A stretch of DNA of 63,928 bases, filler included, from Chiloscyllium plagiosum (Eukaryota): the NCBI RefSeq assembly GCF_004010195.1. It is 5 parts of one record of this genome, joined end to end, with 100 filler letters (N's around TTAATTAATTAA, not from the genome) between each part and the next. Parts side by side here need not be neighbours in the genome. Positions count along the whole stretch, not along the records: positions 51,742 to 61,421 come from NC_057710.1; positions 61,522 to 63,928 come from NC_057710.1; 3 more parts are not named here. One strand, written 5' to 3'. The position numbers and the translations under genes are program-made. Of this stretch, positions 59,810 to 63,928 are shown in pieces (positions within the stretch are counted from its first letter, which is position 1; every line of letters starts with the position of its first letter). A model generated the notes under the pieces. That model did no database searches. It worked only from the letters and a program-made list of their open reading frames with translations, and was not told the DNA's origin.

Positions 59810-62800
59810 TGTAGGAATGGGATGAAAGTGTTACTGAAGGGATGTTGTAGGAAGGAGGGTTTTAGATTTTTGGATCATTGGGACTGCTTCTGGAGTAGGT
59901 GGGACTATATAAACTGGACAGGATGCATCTGAACAGGAATGGGTCCAATATCCTTGCTACGAAGTTTGCTCAGTGCAAGGTAAGGCAGATGAACTGAGAG
60001 CATTGATCAGCATGTGGACATATGATATTTTTGCCATCACTGAAACATGGTTGTAGGAGGGGCAGAACTGACAGCTCGACTGGCAGCTGCAAGGGTATAG
60101 ACAGTTAAGGTGTGATAGCAGGGGATGTAAATGAGGTGGGGACGTTGCATTATTCATAAAGGAAACCATCACTGCAGTAATGAAGGAGGACATCAAGGGT
60201 CTTCAAAGGAGGCCATCTGGGTAGAGCTTAGAAAGACAAAGGGGGCAATCGCTTCACTGGGATTATACTACAGGTCTCCCAACAGTCAGAAGCAGATAGG
60301 TGAGCAGATATGTAGGCAAACCATAGACAGGTATGAGGGGAATTGGGTTATAATAGTTGGCAGTTTCAACTTTGATAACATTAACTGGGATCACCTTAAT
60401 GTGAAAGAATTGTACAGACTGGAATGTTTAAAGTGCATCCAGGACAGCTTTACGTGCAAGTAAGCAGAAAGTCCGACAAGAAATGGGGCAATGCTTGACA
60501 TAATCCTGAGGAATGAAGCTGATCAATTTGGTTGAAGTGTCAGTGGGTGAGCATTTTGGAGATAGTGACCATAACTCTGTAAGTTTCTAAGTCATTATGG
60601 AAAGGGATACAAGTAGTGCAGATGTTAAGTGTCTCAAGTGGAGAAAGGCCATATTTCAGTATCATTAGACAGCATCTGGCAAACTTAGTTCAGGAGCAGC
60701 TACTTCCAGGTAGGCTTACATTTGGTAAGTGAGAATCATTTAAAGATTGTATAGTGAGAATTCAAGGCCAGCACGTTCCCCTAAGATTGAAGGTAGCAAG
60801 TCTAGGGAACTCTGAATGTCAAGGAATATTGAATGTTTGATAAAGAAAAAGAAGGGAGCGTATGTCAGGTTCAATGTGTTAAATGTAGAGAGTGTAAGTG
60901 GAGTGGTGGGGTAGCGGGAGTGCTTAGAAACAAAAATCAGGAGAACTAAGGGACAACAAAATATCTTTGGCAGATGAAATCAAGAAAACCGCCAAGGTTT
61001 TTCATAACTATATTAATAATAGGATTACCAAGGAAAGTGTGGGACCAATTACTGATCAAAGGGGCCGTCTGTGTGTTGAGTCAGTGGGCATGGGTTAGAC
61101 CCTTGATTACAAATGAAAGGCGTTTGATAAGGTTCCCCATGGTAGGCTACTTCAAAAAATATGGAGGTATGGCATGGAGGGTAAGTTGGAGGTTTGGATT
61201 AGGAATTGGCTGGCTGGAAGAAGATAGAGGGTAGTAGTTGATGATAAAGGTTCATCTTGGAGTGCCGTTACTAGCAGTGTTCCGCAAGGATCTGTTTTGG
61301 GACCATTGCTGTTTGTCATTTTTATAAATGACCTGGAGGAGGGGCTAGAAGGTTGGGTGAGCAAGTTTGCGGATGATACGAAAATCTGTGGAGTTGTTGA
61401 CAGTGAGGAAGGATGTATCAGNNNNNNNNNNNNNNNNNNNNNNNNNNNNNNNNNNNNNNNNNNNNTTAATTAATTAANNNNNNNNNNNNNNNNNNNNNNN
61501 NNNNNNNNNNNNNNNNNNNNNACCAGTTTTTAAGAAAGGTGGGAGAGAGAAAGCAAGAAATTATAGACCAGTTAATCTGACCTCAGTGTTGGGAAAGATG
61601 CTGGAGTCTATTATAAAGGATGAAATTACGACACATCTGGATAGTAGTAACAGGATAGGTCAGAGTCAGCATGGATTTATGAAGGGGAAATCATGCTTGA
61701 CTAATCTTCTGGAATTTTTTGAGGATGTAACTCTGAAGATGGACGAGGGAGATCCAGTAGATGTAGTGTACCTGGACTTTCAGAAAGCTTTTTGATAAAG
61801 TCCCACATAGGAGGTTAGTGAGCAAAATTAGGGCGCATGGTATTGGGGGCAAAGTATTAACTTGGATTGAAAGTTGGTTGGCTGATAGGAAACAAGGAGT
61901 AGTGATAAGTGGCTCCATTTCGGAATGGCAGGCAGTGACCAGTGCTGGGACCGCAGCTTTTTAGAATATATGTTAATGATATAGAAGATAGTATTGGTAA
62001 TAACATTAGCAAATAACATTAACATTACTAAGCTGGGTGGCAGGGTGAAATGTGAGGATGATGTTAGGAGATTACAGGGTGACCTGTACAGGTTAGGTGA
62101 GTGGTCAGGTGCATGGCAGATGCAGTTTAATGTGGATAAATGTATGGTTATCCACTTTGGTGGCAAGAACAGGAAGGCAGATTACTACCTAAATGGAATC
62201 AACTTAGGTAAAGGGGCAGTACAGAGAGATCTCGATGTTCTTGTACACCAGTCAATGAAGATAAGGATGCAGGTACAGCAGATAGTAAAGAAGCTAATAG
62301 CATGCTGGCCTTCATAGCAAGAGGGATTGAGTACAGAAGAAAGAGGTTCTTCTGCAGCTATACAGGGCCCTGGTGAGACCACATCCCTGGAGTACTGTGT
62401 GCAGTTCTGGTCTCCAAATTTGAGGAAAGATATTCTGGCTATTGAGGGAGTGCAGCGTAGGTTCACGAGGTCAATTCCTGGAATGGCAGGACTACCTTAC
62501 GCTGAATGACTGGAGCGACTGGGCTTGTTTACCCTTGACTTTAGAAGACTGAGAGGGGATCTGATTGAGACATATAAGATTATTAAAGGATTGGACACTC
62601 TGGAAGCAGGAAACATGTTTCCGCTGATGGGTGAGTGCTGAACCAGAGGACCTAGCTTAAAAATACGGGGTAGACCATTTAGGACAGAGAGGAGGAGAAA
62701 CTTCTTCACCCAGAGAGTGGTGGCTGTGTGGAATGCTCTGCCCCAGAGGGCAGTGGAGGCCCAGTCTGGATAGAGCTCTCAAGGATAGTGGACTCAAGGG

Positions 62801-62912
62801 TTATGGAAACAAGGCAGGAATAGGATACTGATTAAGGATGATCAGCCATGATCATATTGAATGGTGGCGCAGGCTCGAAGGGCAGAATGGCCTACTCCTG
62901 CACCTATTGTCT
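59810..62912 (+). mobile_element. Composite CR1 LINE sequence (ORF1 end, endonuclease, RT, 3' tail) across gap 61422-61521
   Basis: DIFAITETW, EAIWVEL..GLYYRSPN, QHGFMKGKSCLTNLLEFFE, YLDFQKAF, LEYCVQFWSP; tail cctattgtctat. Confidence 0.9.
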
Positions 62913-62919
62913 ATATACA

Positions 62920-63305
62920 AAAAATATTCACCACCTTAAAAATTCACTGCCTCCACCAGCACATCAGGGATTTAGTGTATTCAATCTTCAGATTTTCTGC
63001 AGAAATATTTTCAAGTTTTTCAGCAGCATCTGTCCAACCAGTGCCTGCCTATTACCTACAAATACAAAGGTAGTAGGTGCATGGGACACCACTTTCAAGT
63101 TCACCTCCACGTCTCACACCATCCAGATGTGGAAGCAGGTGACTAGTCTCCACTGTTGCTTGGTCAAAATCCTGTAGTTCTCTCCTTAACTCAATTCCAA
63201 CAGTACTTTCATCACTGACTGTCATGTTTCAGGTGGATGAATAACGTTCTCAGGCACAATTATAGACGACCAATAAATGTTGATGTCCACATTCCATGAA
63301 TGGAG
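62920..63305 (+). mobile_element. 3' end of the 53370-type LINE
   Basis: catgggacaccac...ggtcaaaatcctg...ttctcaggcacaatta...caataaatgttgatgtccacattccatgaatg. Confidence 0.65.
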
Positions 63306-63556
63306 AACTCTTGAGCAAGCTATTACAGCATTTCAGTAACTGACAGTAGAAATAATTATACTAAAAGTTTATTGCTTAAAAAAATGCTATGTATGTTTTG
63401 TTGCCATAAGCAATTCCCAGAAAATATAGTGGCTTAATACTGCAGTATTACCTTTAAAAAAAGAAAAACTGCTTAGTCTTCTGAGCCCATATCTCCATTC
63501 CTCTCTGTGGAACTCCAAAACAAATTGGATGATTGCATTGTGTACTACTCATAGAC

Positions 63557-63928
63557 TTAGAGTCATAGAGATGTACAGCATGTAAACAGACGCGTCAGTC
63601 CAACCCGTCCATGCCAGCCAGACATCCCAACCCAATCTAGTCCCATCTGCCAGCACCCGGCCCATATCCCTCCAAACCCTTCCTATTCATATACCCATCC
63701 AAATGCCTCTTAAATGTTGCAATTATATCAGCATCCACCACATCCTCTGGCAGCTCATTGCATACACGTACCACCCTCTGTGTGAAAAAGTTGCATCTTA
63801 GGTCTCTTTTATAGCTTTCCCTTCTCACCCTAAACCTATGCCCTCTAGTTCTGGACTCCCCGACCCCAGAGAAAAGACTTTGCCTAATTATCCTATCCAT
63901 GCCCCTCATAATTTTGTAAATCTCTATA
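63557..63928 (-). mobile_element. Young CR1 3' end, running off the window edge
   Basis: Minus-strand RTRGHRFRVR...FFTQRVVRVCNELP; tail agagtcatagag. Confidence 0.92.

Overview
Repeat-dense vertebrate genomic DNA, most likely from a cartilaginous fish (shark), judging from HE1-like tRNA/V-SINEs, abundant CR1 LINEs and Penelope-like elements (PLEs). The one host gene I can support is DNA polymerase iota (POLI) on the + strand. It has three coding exons (about 8109-8268, 31542-31673, 34428-34592) joined by phase-1 GT-AG introns and encoding the acidic N-terminus, the catalytic DLDCFYAQVE motif and the finger domain. I did not find exon 4 in the window. Two GC-box clusters (1-131 and about 3330-3780) look like promoter sequence upstream of POLI. 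Nearly everything else is nested retroelement debris: CR1 LINEs (one with a 5'UTR and an SGNH-esterase ORF1), several PLE families, SINEs, a Harbinger transposase relic and a probable solo LTR. There are five assembly gaps, four containing an artificial TTAATTAATTAA spacer. The most notable signals are: (1) minimal hammerhead ribozyme motifs in four different PLE families, with helix sequences that differ between families but still pair, often inside TSD-flanked palindromic mini-elements; (2) a LINE whose 5' end appears to be a SINE-type head; (3) substitutions at Pol iota template-contact residues. I see no evidence for a wholly new multi-gene system. Most short ORFs in the track are repeat-derived. 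All identifications were made by eye, without database searches, and repeat boundaries are approximate.
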